The position numbers were made by a program, and so were the translations under genes. Under the pieces are notes generated by a model, which saw nothing but the letters and a program-made list of their open reading frames with translations, ran no database searches and was not told where the DNA came from. A stretch of DNA of 64,000 nt from a virus. Taxonomy: Duplodnaviria > Caudoviricetes. Position 1 is the stretch's first letter. Each line of letters opens with the position of its first letter. The stretch lies in IMG/VR virus record IMGVR_UViG_3300031992_000072, positions 1 to 64,000 of that record; one strand, 5' to 3'. Of the stretch, positions 37,955-48,500 are shown one piece after another.

Positions 37955-37999
37955 AAAGCTTCTTCCTCCTTCTACAATAATCTTCATTTCATTCACTCT

Positions 38000-38600
38000 T
38001 TCATGTTAATTATTTCTTTAGTAATAAATAATCTATATTTACTAGCAGTAATTGCTATAGCAGTAACTGTATTTATAGAGTAATAAGAATATAAACTTTA
38101 GTAATCAGTATATATTCTAAGAGAGCTTTCTCTATTAAAAAGAGAAAGCTCTCTCTTATAAGGCTTTAGTAATTTATAGAATTGTAGATATAAGAATATA
38201 AACTTCAGTCATTCTATAAGGTAATCAGAATATATATAAACCAGTATATAAAAAGCATATAAGAAGTGTATAAAGCATATAGAATTAGTGTAAAAAGCAT
38301 ATAGAATAAAAAGAATATAGTGTAAAAGGTAAAAAGTATATAGAATTATTCTATTCTATAGATTAACCACCCTATAAGAATAATATACCTTAAATATACA
38401 CCATTCTATAAAGTAATCACCCTAATACAGATTAACCAGAATATAAGGTAATTACCATTCTATAAATAATTACCACATATAAAAAAATATCTATAAATAA
38501 TAAATCACCTATAGATAATTCATTTATATTCTTTAGTAATTACTTTTAAAGTAATTAATTCTTTATATATTATATATATTATATATATAAGAAGAAACTT
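38000..38600. other. very AT-rich non-coding region, candidate replication origin
   Basis: no ORF; many AGTAAT/TATAG/GAATAT repeats; 14-bp palindrome arms agagagctttctct/agagaaagctctct at 38120-38154; (TA)n run. Confidence 0.45.
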
Positions 38601-38606
38601 TTCAGA

Positions 38607-38807
38607 TTATTCACTGAAGACAGAGAGAATTTCCTTGTCAGTCACGTCTATTGGTTTAAAAAGATTATTGTATGCAGCAATAACTCTGTCTTTTTCCTCG
38701 TTAGTATAGTTGCATGACGGATTGCAGTATTTTAAAGGACAACCTTTCCTGTCACTGCACGTATCGTACAGACGACAGATAGCTGCATGCATTTCACTGA
38801 CAGTCAT
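38607..38807 (-). CDS. Cys-containing hypothetical protein
   Basis: AAGGAG RBS before MTVSEM. Confidence 0.55.
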   Translation of the reverse strand: MTVSEMHAAICRLYDTCSDRKGCPLKYCNPSCNYTNEEKDRVIAAYNNLFKPIDVTDKEILSVFSE

Positions 38808-39048
38808 CCTGTTTCTCCTTCCGTTCATCAAGCTGCTTGTCAGTCGGGAACGGAGCAGCGCATTCAGTATATTCAGGACAGTCACTGCAGAATACATAAT
38901 CCTTACAGCTCATTCTTACACCTCTTTCGATTATATACCTTGGCAGAAGGCTTGGTACGGGTCACAGGAGAGAATTCCCATGCAACACGCTTTTTGCTGT
39001 TAGCAAGTTTCCTGTCTTTCTTGGACATTTTGTTATAAGAAGTAAATT

Positions 39049-39351
39049 TCATTTCATTTCCTTTCTCAGCAATGCCAGCCGCTCTGCTCTGGCCTGTCGC
39101 TCTTCTTCTGTGCAGACCTTTATCTTGCGAGGGTATATCCCTACAGCTTTAGGGTGCACAGAGAATGTCATGCTGTATTTATCTTCTTTAACCAGTCGGC
39201 AGAGATCAGGTCGCTGATGCGACAGCTTCTCGTACCTCTTCATGATAATCTTGTCAGTCGTGTATAGCTCTGCCCATACGTCAGGACGGAACTTGGGATA
39301 ATTAATAACTGTTTCAGTGTCTTCTTCAGCCATTACAACTTTTTCAATCAC
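39049..39351 (-). CDS. hypothetical protein
   Basis: GGAGGAG RBS, GTG start. Confidence 0.65.
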   Translation of the reverse strand: MIEKVVMAEEDTETVINYPKFRPDVWAELYTTDKIIMKRYEKLSHQRPDLCRLVKEDKYSMTFSVHPKAVGIYPRKIKVCTEEERQARAERLALLRKEMK

Positions 39352-39556
39352 GGTTGCTCTCCTCCTGTGTTCTTTGCTTAATCCAGCCTGTAACTCAGGC
39401 AGTCCTGAAGATATCCTGTAGCGAGTATGATAAAATACCCATCCGGAAAAAATAAACCTTCAGGAAGCCGTATTTCAGGGGATAAAAAAATAAAGCCGGT
39501 AAACCGCAGGTATGTAAACTGGCTGTATGCTCTCACTGCATCTAATTGAACATACA

Positions 39557-39694
39557 TTATTTATGTATCTCTGATCTGCTCACATAGATTTTTTCGGTTC
39601 CTCCGGTTTCTGTCATGCGGTACATTCCATCCGCTGTAAGGAACACAGGATAATCTTTTTCATTGACGGTAATAAATCCGATATGAATAACCAT
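39557..39694 (-). CDS. small hypothetical protein
   Basis: AAGGAGG RBS before MVIHIG. Confidence 0.5.
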   Translation of the reverse strand: MVIHIGFITVNEKDYPVFLTADGMYRMTETGGTEKIYVSRSEIHK

Positions 39695-39867
39695 TTTCTT
39701 AATCCTCCTTACGTCACCAGTCGTGGAGCTAGAAAAGAGGCGAACCCGTTGTGTGCGTAATAGGCAGTCATTCCGTTCCGCATTCACCGATTCCTTTTTA
39801 GTGTCCTCTACCAGCACCTGACTGTGATGCAGATAAAGCCCGACGCTATTATTTCAGTTCCTCTTCT

Positions 39868-39913
39868 CCTTTACGGTACATTTCGCTTGTCCTCAAAGTT
39901 AGGTACCTAACGA
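39868..39913 (-). promoter_or_regulatory. 46-bp conserved motif copy 4
   Basis: cctttacggtacatttcgcttgtcctcaaagttaggtacctaacga, just downstream of two terminator hairpins. Confidence 0.6.
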
Positions 39914-40003
39914 AATGCACTGTAAAAGAGGAGGGTTCAAGTATGGAACCCTCAAAAAAACAGGAGCCTGATTTAGTCACCAGGCTCCTGTGTAAAGTCG
40001 GAA

Positions 40004-40387
40004 TTACTTTTCCGGGAAGGGCAGCTCGTTCTCCAGGGCAGGAGCTTCAGCAGGAGCTTCCACCTCACCAGCCTCATTGGCGGTGATGAAGGTCACCTGC
40101 GGATTGCTCATCTCGAGCTGGCAGGCGGGCTGACCGTTCTTGTCGATGTACGCACGACCGTACACACGACCGACCAGCTGAATCGGGCGACCCTTGGTCA
40201 GGTACTGCGCCAGCTTGGCACCCCGGTCACGCCAGATGCTGATCCGGTAGAACTGGGTCTTCCGGGAGCCATCAGAACCCTGATAGTTCTCCGCGACGTT
40301 GAAGTCGGTCACCAGCACAGCGGCACCGCCGACCATAACAGTGCGGGTTTCAGCAGCCTTAGAAATGTTTCCAACGAAAGTAGTCAT
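40004..40387 (-). CDS. SSB-like protein (third, early paralog)
   Basis: FVGNISKAAE...DFNVAEN...FYRISIWRD...KGRPIQLVG, acidic LPF tail. Confidence 0.75.
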   Translation of the reverse strand: MTTFVGNISKAAETRTVMVGGAAVLVTDFNVAENYQGSDGSRKTQFYRISIWRDRGAKLAQYLTKGRPIQLVGRVYGRAYIDKNGQPACQLEMSNPQVTFITANEAGEVEAPAEAPALENELPFPEK

Positions 40388-40643
40388 AATCAAATACCTC
40401 CAATAATTTCTTTTGTAGATTAATTTCTGTCGTACAAGCCGTATCTCACGCCTTGTGGAGTCATACTGTTCTGCCCGTATGCGACACCCGTTTGTTTCGA
40501 GTCGGGACTTCTCTATCCGACGGCGGTATTTAGTGTGGGTATCGGACGCCACATATATGTTAAAACGGATTCAGGAACGAATCCTAAATCCGTCATCACC
40601 CGACCTGCCCGACGTAAGGAGGGCATTAGCAGTCAGGGAGAAA

Positions 40644-40898
40644 TCAAGTATGGTTTTCGATCTGCTGGACAGCCCTTCCGTTTTCTTTCAGGCGGTCCAT
40701 AAAAGGTTGACCAATGGGCACTCGCTGTTTACGTGCAGGAGGAGCCACATAGCCAACACCTTTAGAGGCTGCGTCCAGTCTTATCTGGTATTGGAGTTCG
40801 GAAATAATCCTGTCATTGTATCTATCGGAAATAATCTTGCCAGCCGAAAATGACAGGACAATCAGAATAAGGGCAATTAAGGCTTCAATTGTTAGCAT
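40644..40898 (-). CDS. small membrane protein
   Basis: N-terminal hydrophobic helix, AAGGAG RBS. Confidence 0.6.
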   Translation of the reverse strand: MLTIEALIALILIVLSFSAGKIISDRYNDRIISELQYQIRLDAASKGVGYVAPPARKQRVPIGQPFMDRLKENGRAVQQIENHT

Positions 40899-41008
40899 AT
40901 TCAGCTTCTCCTTTTAAGACCCAGTCTTCCGGAATTTCCTGATGTTCGTTCATGTATTTACACAGTTCCTCAACTTCCTCATCTGTGTAGTCGGGGAACA
41001 TGTCTTCG

Positions 41009-41464
41009 TCAACGGAGAAGTTCATGGCGAGCCTTCACCCTCTCCTCGTTAGCAATCTTATTGGCACGCTCGTTGAGTTCGTCGCCGGAATGTCCCTTGA
41101 CTTTGACGAACCTTACGGTATGCTTGCCTTTGGAGACCTTGCAGATGAATTCCATCCACAGGTCTTCATTATCCCTTCCTTTGAACCAGGAGACCTTTCT
41201 CTTGGAACCGTCTTTGTTCCGACCGAGGGCGCAGTCGATGATGTACCTGGAATCCGTGTAGAAAGTAATTTCACACGGTTTCTTCTGGTACTTGTCAATC
41301 CAGTCAATCGTGGAAATCATCGGCTGGAGTTCCATGCGGTTATTGGTCGTGCTTTTGTAGTGCCCCCGAAGCACCCTTTCCTGTCCGTTGCACTGAAGGA
41401 TAGCTGCGTATCCGCCAACGCCAGGGTTGGAGCAGGAGCCATCCGTATAAGCGATGATATGCAT
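41009..41464 (-). CDS. rnhA: ribonuclease HI
   Basis: YTDGSCSNPGVGGYAA, TTNNRMEL, YTDSRY, VKGHSG...NERANKIA. Confidence 0.92.
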   Translation of the reverse strand: MHIIAYTDGSCSNPGVGGYAAILQCNGQERVLRGHYKSTTNNRMELQPMISTIDWIDKYQKKPCEITFYTDSRYIIDCALGRNKDGSKRKVSWFKGRDNEDLWMEFICKVSKGKHTVRFVKVKGHSGDELNERANKIANEERVKARHELLR

Positions 41465-41552
41465 TTTTATTCTCCTTTCATGTATAAATCAAGTAAATTT
41501 CAAGGATATTGAAATGTGCAATAACCTTTTCTTTGAATTTTGCGTTCCGATC

Positions 41553-41948
41553 TTAGAGCCAGCTGTAGTAAGGATGCTTATTGTCGTAATCTATAACATC
41601 CTTTATAACGTTTGCATCTGATTGGTCGTATGGGCTGAAATATTCAGCGACTTTATATGCATTGATCTTATTCAGGCTTTTATCGACAAACCACAGTTCC
41701 GCAGTATGGTTATGGTATTCCGTGTCAGAGTCGTCGTTTATCCATTCTTTGAAATGCTTGATAGGAGTCGTGCAACTAGTAGGAGTGTTGTCATTTAGAA
41801 AGAATGTTGTATCAACAAGTTCGTCATTCCACCACTCGTCGTCGTGGTATTCATCAGACAGGTCCCAGAACCCATGCCACATGTAGAGAACGTAATATCC
41901 AGGATGGTTATAATCTTTTTCAATTGAGCGCTTTTTCTTTTCAGTCAT
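41553..41948 (-). CDS. hypothetical protein
   Basis: start trimmed to MTEKKK after AAAGGA RBS. Confidence 0.65.
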   Translation of the reverse strand: MTEKKKRSIEKDYNHPGYYVLYMWHGFWDLSDEYHDDEWWNDELVDTTFFLNDNTPTSCTTPIKHFKEWINDDSDTEYHNHTAELWFVDKSLNKINAYKVAEYFSPYDQSDANVIKDVIDYDNKHPYYSWL

Positions 41949-42176
41949 AGTGCTCTTCCTTTCATTTCGTTCCGTCGGCTGGGCTTGCGGTTTCCAGCCT
42001 GCACGTTCTACTGGGCATATAGCCCAGCCCGCTCCGTGAGACGGAGTGTTCAATATACCAAGGCACAGATATGCACCGTCATGTTTAAGCCCAAGTGTGG
42101 GCGGACGGCTGAAGTCCAGTTTTGATACCCTGTCAGACTTCTTTTTAAACAGGGAGTCGTCGTATTAGCCCGAAGG

Positions 42177-42350
42177 CTACCCTGGCTTCCACCAGTCAGT
42201 TGACGGAATATCAATGGAGGACGGACGGATTTCCGCCTCCGGAATGGAGCAAACTACGCTCCGCTGATGCGCAATCTCTTTTTCGATCTTACGCATATGT
42301 CTTTCCAGCTCGCTGTACACTTCGTACATTGTTCTGTAGTAGCTGTGCAT
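42177..42350 (-). CDS. small hypothetical protein
   Basis: AAAGGAG RBS before MHSYYR. Confidence 0.5.
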   Translation of the reverse strand: MHSYYRTMYEVYSELERHMRKIEKEIAHQRSVVCSIPEAEIRPSSIDIPSTDWWKPG

Positions 42351-42708
42351 AGTCTGTCTCCTTTCGTAACATGTTGAGGGCTGATTATGGCTCAACCCTG
42401 GAAGCCATGATAGCGAGGTTGGGGCTGGTTTCCCACGCCAGCCCCGTAGAAAGGAGGAGTCCCATGAAGATCAGACGCTTTAAGTCTGTTGATCAGCAAT
42501 ATCCGCCGGGCGTCCTTTTCCCAGCGGACCAAACAGGACAAGACACTTCATGCTGGCAACAATCCATATCTTGTAGCTGTCTGTAGGACAAGAAGGTATG
42601 CGTCTTTGCCAATCGGCATACTTTCACCTACAGCGCTTCCCTGTGTATTCAATTCTGCACTCACCGCCAGCGCAAAGCAGTAGCCCGAGTGCAGCACAGA
42701 ATATACAA

Positions 42709-42960
42709 TTAAGCAGGCATCGGAGCGTAGAATTCCTTCACGCTCTTCTTCGCCTTTGCCAGGAACACGTTCTTTTCGTGGATGTACTCGATAAGCTCAT
42801 CCACCCGCTCGTGTTCCTTCTTGGTCAAGGGACGGGTCTTAGCCAGGGCGTCCCACTGTTCGCTTTCCTTCACAGCGGACGCCATGAATGTCTCAACCAG
42901 AACGATCTGGTTCTTCAGGAGTTCAATCTCCTGAGCGTGGTTCAGTTTCCGTGTAGTCAT
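42709..42960 (-). CDS. coiled-coil hypothetical protein
   Basis: AAGGAGG RBS. Confidence 0.65.
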   Translation of the reverse strand: MTTRKLNHAQEIELLKNQIVLVETFMASAVKESEQWDALAKTRPLTKKEHERVDELIEYIHEKNVFLAKAKKSVKEFYAPMPA

Positions 42961-43736
42961 GGCAATACCTCCTTAAAGTTTGGGCTTTGATGCCCACCCG
43001 AGCTGTCCGACGTAAGTCGGACTTATGACGCTGGAAAGAACGCTGATTGGGCCGTCAAGCATGCCCAGGCTCCATACTGCAAACTGACGAGCGTTTAGCA
43101 TGGTTAGCTCAGAGTGGGGCGTTCTTCTTGGTCCTCGACCTTCCCCTTGCCGAGTCTCATACGGTTCTTTCTATGAGCCGAAAAGTTCAGGTTTGATTCC
43201 GCAGGTTCCATCTGCGTAGCGGTTTAACGTCATGCTGGCTGGACGGATGATCGCAACTGTCCCCGGTTTTACATCAGCCCGTGCTATCGGCTGAACCCGA
43301 CCCTTTAACGTCTGGGCTTCGACGGATATGCTTGCTGTGTTTCACATTTCTCGCACCCCGCAAGCACGGGCCGTGTGCCGGACTACGCCAGATCCGGAGA
43401 GTGGGATTACTACGTTCCCCAACGGAAGACTTGTTGTCTTCACCCGACCTGTCCGACGTCAGGAGGACATCACGAGATGCATCGAAGAACTGCATGGGGA
43501 GGAACATTGCAGTTGCTTACGTTGCCGTTTTGAAGCATTGTTGCTTATGTTCTGCTTATCATGTCAGCAGAGTACTCGTTTGGATGTTCGGAGCGTCGGG
43601 GAGCGGAGCGAAAAAATCCCCCCGCCTAAAAATGGGAGCCGCCCCCATCGCCACAAAGAATGCCGTAGCATTCTCGTAGGCATAAAAAAATAAAAAAGAA
43701 CCAGTCAAAACTGGTTCTTTTTAAAGGTGTAATGTT

Positions 43737-45503
43737 TTAATTTACGAGTTCCTGAAAAGTCTCATAACTATGTATTCTTACGTTTTCCCAGAAACGTCCT
43801 TTGTAGCCATTGATGCTTGCATCTGCTTTAACGAGCGTTAAATCAGGAAGCTCTTTTTGATCATAGTCTGCTGCTCTTATTACAGCCCAGTTGTATGTTC
43901 TGTTTTGTTCTGCTCCCATGTTGTCGTAATCATCGCAGTTAGCGCTGACTTTCAGTTTTGCATGGTTCATCCATTCATCGATAAAGGGTTTGTATTTAAG
44001 TTCAACAAAGTTGTTGAACTTTGCCTTAATCTGATGAATTTCATTTGCACGAACTTCAATGCAAGCAATATACTTGTTGCCTTTCATCATTTTTACAATT
44101 GTTGTAAACTTTTGAACAGCTGCATTAGCATAACTGCCAACGCAAATTCCCATTCTTTCGCCAACAACAGCAAGATCTACTGAATCTTTCGCTAATTCAA
44201 ACCTGATGTCGCCATATTCACGGTTGAATCTGTTTCGCTCAAAGTCGTTATATTCAATCTCTCTGTTAGTGTATGATTTACGGGTAAGCCTATTGTAGTA
44301 ATGCTGCATAGAGTCATGGATTTCTTGGAAGTTCTTTGCCTCACGTATAATGTACATGAGTCCATCTTCTGGGATGCGCGGCATCATTCTTGAACAATCT
44401 CTGAATACGTTAATATCCTCTTGTTCAAGATGACTGATAACCCAATTTCTGTTCCTAAGCTCAAATAGCTTCGTAAGGAATGTCTTTATTTCAACCCTAT
44501 GTTCTTTATATGTTTCGAGAAGTTTAACGCCAAGCGAAAAGCATCTTGGAATTTCATCAACATTTACAATTCCGGCATTCATAATCATTTTCACAATGGC
44601 AATGTTGTTAATGTTCTTCAAGTAAAGCTTTTTGAAGGCTTTAGACATAGGAACATTGAACTTTCTTGCAATGTAGTAAATCAGGTCCTGTTCAGAGATG
44701 GCTTCTCTTATTTTCAGGGAGTTAAACCATTCAGGGCGAGTTATGCCAAAGACATTAAGACGAACGGCTTCTTTGCGATAAGTATCAAGAGCAAAACTTT
44801 TTGTCGGTCTTAACGCAGCGTTCAGTAACGAATTCTCATCAGCTTTCTCGATGATCCATGCCTTATCAGGATAGAAGGTTTTGAGACATTCTTTAAGTGC
44901 ATGGAGAGTTTCCTGTGCAAGTTTAAGATCGCTGAATGAATTTTTCGCCCAGGAAATCTGACGAATACTTTTTGATAACCCGTCATAAACATAGCAACGA
45001 CCATCAGCTGTAAAGGTATAAGATTTTGAATATTTGGTTTTCTTTACAATGTTTGCGATGCGCATTAATTCAACGTATTCAGTAGTTACTTTCAGATATC
45101 CATCCGCAATACTGATGTGCTGGTAGATTGGAATTTCACGCACTCTTCTTCCGAGGTGTTCTTTCTGGATATAGATGTTAAATCGAATACTGAATACTTT
45201 TTTGTACTGACGCATTTTGGTTCCGTCAATATAACCGCAGATTTTTTCGCCGTTTTTGTACACGATATATGCTTTCTTTTCAGTGCATTTATCTTTAGCA
45301 AAGGCTTCTGCGTCTTCCAGAGTAGCAAACGGATACAGCGTCCGGTTGCTTTTGTTCTTGACGATATACTTCCAGGTATTCTCGTCATACTTTTCTACGA
45401 TTTTCCGAGCGTAACCGATAGACGAAACATGGGAAATTGTCACGCCTGTCAGCGGGAAATAGATGCACTTTGTGCGAGGAATGTACCACCAAATTTTGTT
45501 CAT
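43737..45503 (-). CDS. PcfJ-like domain protein
   Basis: C-terminal QEIHD...F.LAKDSVDL...GERMGICVGSY...IACIEV...QIKAKFN; start trimmed to MNKIWW after GGAGG. Confidence 0.7.
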   Translation of the reverse strand: MNKIWWYIPRTKCIYFPLTGVTISHVSSIGYARKIVEKYDENTWKYIVKNKSNRTLYPFATLEDAEAFAKDKCTEKKAYIVYKNGEKICGYIDGTKMRQYKKVFSIRFNIYIQKEHLGRRVREIPIYQHISIADGYLKVTTEYVELMRIANIVKKTKYSKSYTFTADGRCYVYDGLSKSIRQISWAKNSFSDLKLAQETLHALKECLKTFYPDKAWIIEKADENSLLNAALRPTKSFALDTYRKEAVRLNVFGITRPEWFNSLKIREAISEQDLIYYIARKFNVPMSKAFKKLYLKNINNIAIVKMIMNAGIVNVDEIPRCFSLGVKLLETYKEHRVEIKTFLTKLFELRNRNWVISHLEQEDINVFRDCSRMMPRIPEDGLMYIIREAKNFQEIHDSMQHYYNRLTRKSYTNREIEYNDFERNRFNREYGDIRFELAKDSVDLAVVGERMGICVGSYANAAVQKFTTIVKMMKGNKYIACIEVRANEIHQIKAKFNNFVELKYKPFIDEWMNHAKLKVSANCDDYDNMGAEQNRTYNWAVIRAADYDQKELPDLTLVKADASINGYKGRFWENVRIHSYETFQELVN

Positions 45504-45585
45504 GAGTAACCCTCCTAAAATGTTTTTTGGAACCAAACGTTCCCATAAAAAAATAAAAAGGCTAGCCGGAGCTAGCCTTATAGGA

Positions 45586-48500
45586 TTAGTCGATCTTAAG
45601 ATCGTCTTCCGTGGCAGAGAGAGCAGCTTCTGCTTCGTCTGCACAGCTGATTTCAACGGCAAGACCGCCGAAGATCAACCGATACGCAGACCAGAGCTTA
45701 TTCCTGATGAAGTCGGTCTTCCCGTCCATCTTCAGGTACTTCTCATCGCAGTACGCGAACATCTGCCAGGTGATCACGTCGTATGCGTCTTCCAGCGTCT
45801 TTCCGTGAGCGACCGCGAAGGCTTCGATCTCTGCAAGAGCGTTTGCTCTCCATGCCATTTCGAAGGTAACTTCGTCGTCGTCTTCGCTGACATTGTTCTT
45901 GTCCTTATTGCTATCATCGTCCAGCCAGACAGCACGGTCACGGTCCAGCCTTCTGGCAAGGCTGTTAAACAGACCCTGATTCGGACGGAACCTTTCACCA
46001 TTGATGGTTACGAGTTCTCCGTTTCCTTCCCGGATCAGTCCGGTCAGACCACGATATCCGCATTCCTGATTGAACATGATCTTCTTGTAGTCGAACTGTC
46101 CTTCAGGCGCATCGTCGATCTTTACGTCTCTCCGAGCATTCTCTGCATACAGAGCGAAGAGCTTGTTCAGCGTCTTATACCTGTGGAGCTCGTTGAGCTT
46201 GGACGGATCAGCCAGTTCATCCAGATGGTTCTTGGGAGTCTGAAGCAGACTGTCGTTCAGATAGAGGCTATTGCTCTTATCAAGCGAGAACCTGTCGATC
46301 ATTACAGGTTTTCCGTCCGGTCCAAGCTGAACGATTCCGTCATCGTCCGTAAGGACAACGTACCTGGTTTCCTTGTAGTACGTGTTTGCTTCCCGAGCAG
46401 TTGCGAAGAACTTTTTCTTACCGTTGTGCTTTACATACCAGATGTTGCCTTCATCAACGGCATCTTTGTATACCTTCGCCCACGGCTGAAGCATACGAGC
46501 ACAGATAGAGCTTTCTTCAGGCTCTTCAATTTCCGCTCCGCCATGCTTGCTTGCGTCTACCAGAACGTTCGCAGCGAACTTCTTGAAGTCTACGCCGCGA
46601 TGAGTGACGGGCATCCTCTTGGTATACCAGCGTTTGTCCACTTCGTCCTGTTCTGTGAGCAGACCGTTCAGCAGAGCATTGAGCCCATAGACGGTAAGCC
46701 CAAGCTCATTCATATGGGTCAGACCCGCGAAGTACTCTCGAAGAACCTCTTCGGTAATCACAGTCTTCTCCGGGTTGGGCGTTTCCCAGATAATCAGTCT
46801 GTTCCATACCTTGAGTGTTTCTTTGACAGCCTCGATGATCGCAGGATCATCGCTGGTGTTGGCGTGGTCTCCATCAAAGTCCATGTCCATGGCGACTGCT
46901 ACGTCGTCATGGCAGTTCAGGAAGATTGTATATTCTTCGTTCTTAATGAACTTTCTGTAATTGCTCGGAATGGATACATTCTCCAGAACACGGACACTGT
47001 TCGGATGAACCACAGGGCTACGCCACATGGCGAGCTCTCCGTGCTTCACGGTCGGCAGATGGATCTGACCAGCCTTCAGCATTCCGTTGTCGTTCTTCCC
47101 ATGCCACGCGGCAAGGATGAAGAACGGATCGGGACAGACAAAGCTGTAGAAGCAGTCCTTCAGAATCTTTCCCGAAAACGCTTCGTTGATGTTCTGCTCC
47201 ATCTTATGTTCAATATGTTCTCTGAAAGAGGGAACGTTCACGAGCTCAGGATACTGTACGGCAACGCTGCCCCATTCTCTTCCGAGCATCTTTGTAGCGC
47301 TTTCAACTGTGTGATTGTCGTTCAGACGCTTGATGGTCTTTGCAGCCATCTTTGCAACCTGTTCATCGGTTGCTTCGCACAGGCACTGCGTTACCTGATA
47401 CGAGATGTTCTTCTTTTCCTTGGGATGAGTCTTGACTACGGTGCCAAGGGTGATCTTTTCACCCATAGCCGTACACCAGTCTTCAAAGGTCTTGTAGGCC
47501 TTGTTCTTGCCAATGCTGGTCTTGATGACAGACTCGTCCACGAAGAAGACGATATCATCGATATCCCGTCCGTCAGGTGTCTTGGTTACGCCAATGGACT
47601 TCAGGTAGGCCTGAGCATTCACATTCTTGCAACCCAGACCTTTCAGCTTCACGGGGTTGCCCCTGTAGCTGTAGAACGACGTGTCGTTCTGGAAGTCGTT
47701 CAGAATCTTGTCTGCCTTTTCAGCAGACATTCCGTTGTAAACCATCTGGTTGTGTAGTTCCATCTGAACCTTCTTCGTCATGCTGATGACGAAGAATCCG
47801 TCAGAGAACTTCACAGGAACAAGATCGTTATCCCTGTCTTCGGCATGACCGTCAAGATACAACTTCGTTGTGTTTGCCACAACGTTCTTGACTACAGTCG
47901 GATAGATGCAGAACATCTCCGGCTTGAACGGAATTTCGATCTGGTGGCTGTACACTGCGATCAGACCTACGGTATAAGCGATGTTCTTGGCAGCAGTGTT
48001 CTGCCATTCATCATCGACTCCGCCATTAGTGTATTCCCGCATCTTGTCATAGATACTTTCTTTTACTGCAATGGTCTTGCACCATTTCGCAGCGTTCGTG
48101 CCGTGTCCGAAGATACGGTACTTGACGTTGTTCACGAGAAGACCGTTCTCGATCACGTCCAGCCATGCATCGAGCAGCCTCTCGGCACGGATGATACCTT
48201 CGAGGTCTTCCTCGTTCTTCGGCTCTGCGATGCGGCTAACTACGTGGATGACAGCATCTTTACCGCCAATTTCCATTGCCTTATCTTCTACAAGACTGAC
48301 GGACTTGCGGATCGTGTCATAGACCCACAGGTTTTCAGACGTAGGATCGTTGTTCAGCTGAGCACGAATGAACTCCATGCTTTTGTACGTCTTTACGGTT
48401 TCAGGCTTACAGATCTTCCGCAGGGCGCGGACAACCTTGATGGCGGTTTTCTCACCGATGCCCTTGATTGCCGTAAGCTTCTCGATATTGTTGGTGGCTA

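Larger units (their letters stand above)
40597..43466. repeat. three copies of a 22-bp motif CACCCGA(C/G)CTG(T/C)CCGACGT(A/C)AG at 40597, 42995, 43441
   Basis: direct sequence comparison. Confidence 0.8.
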
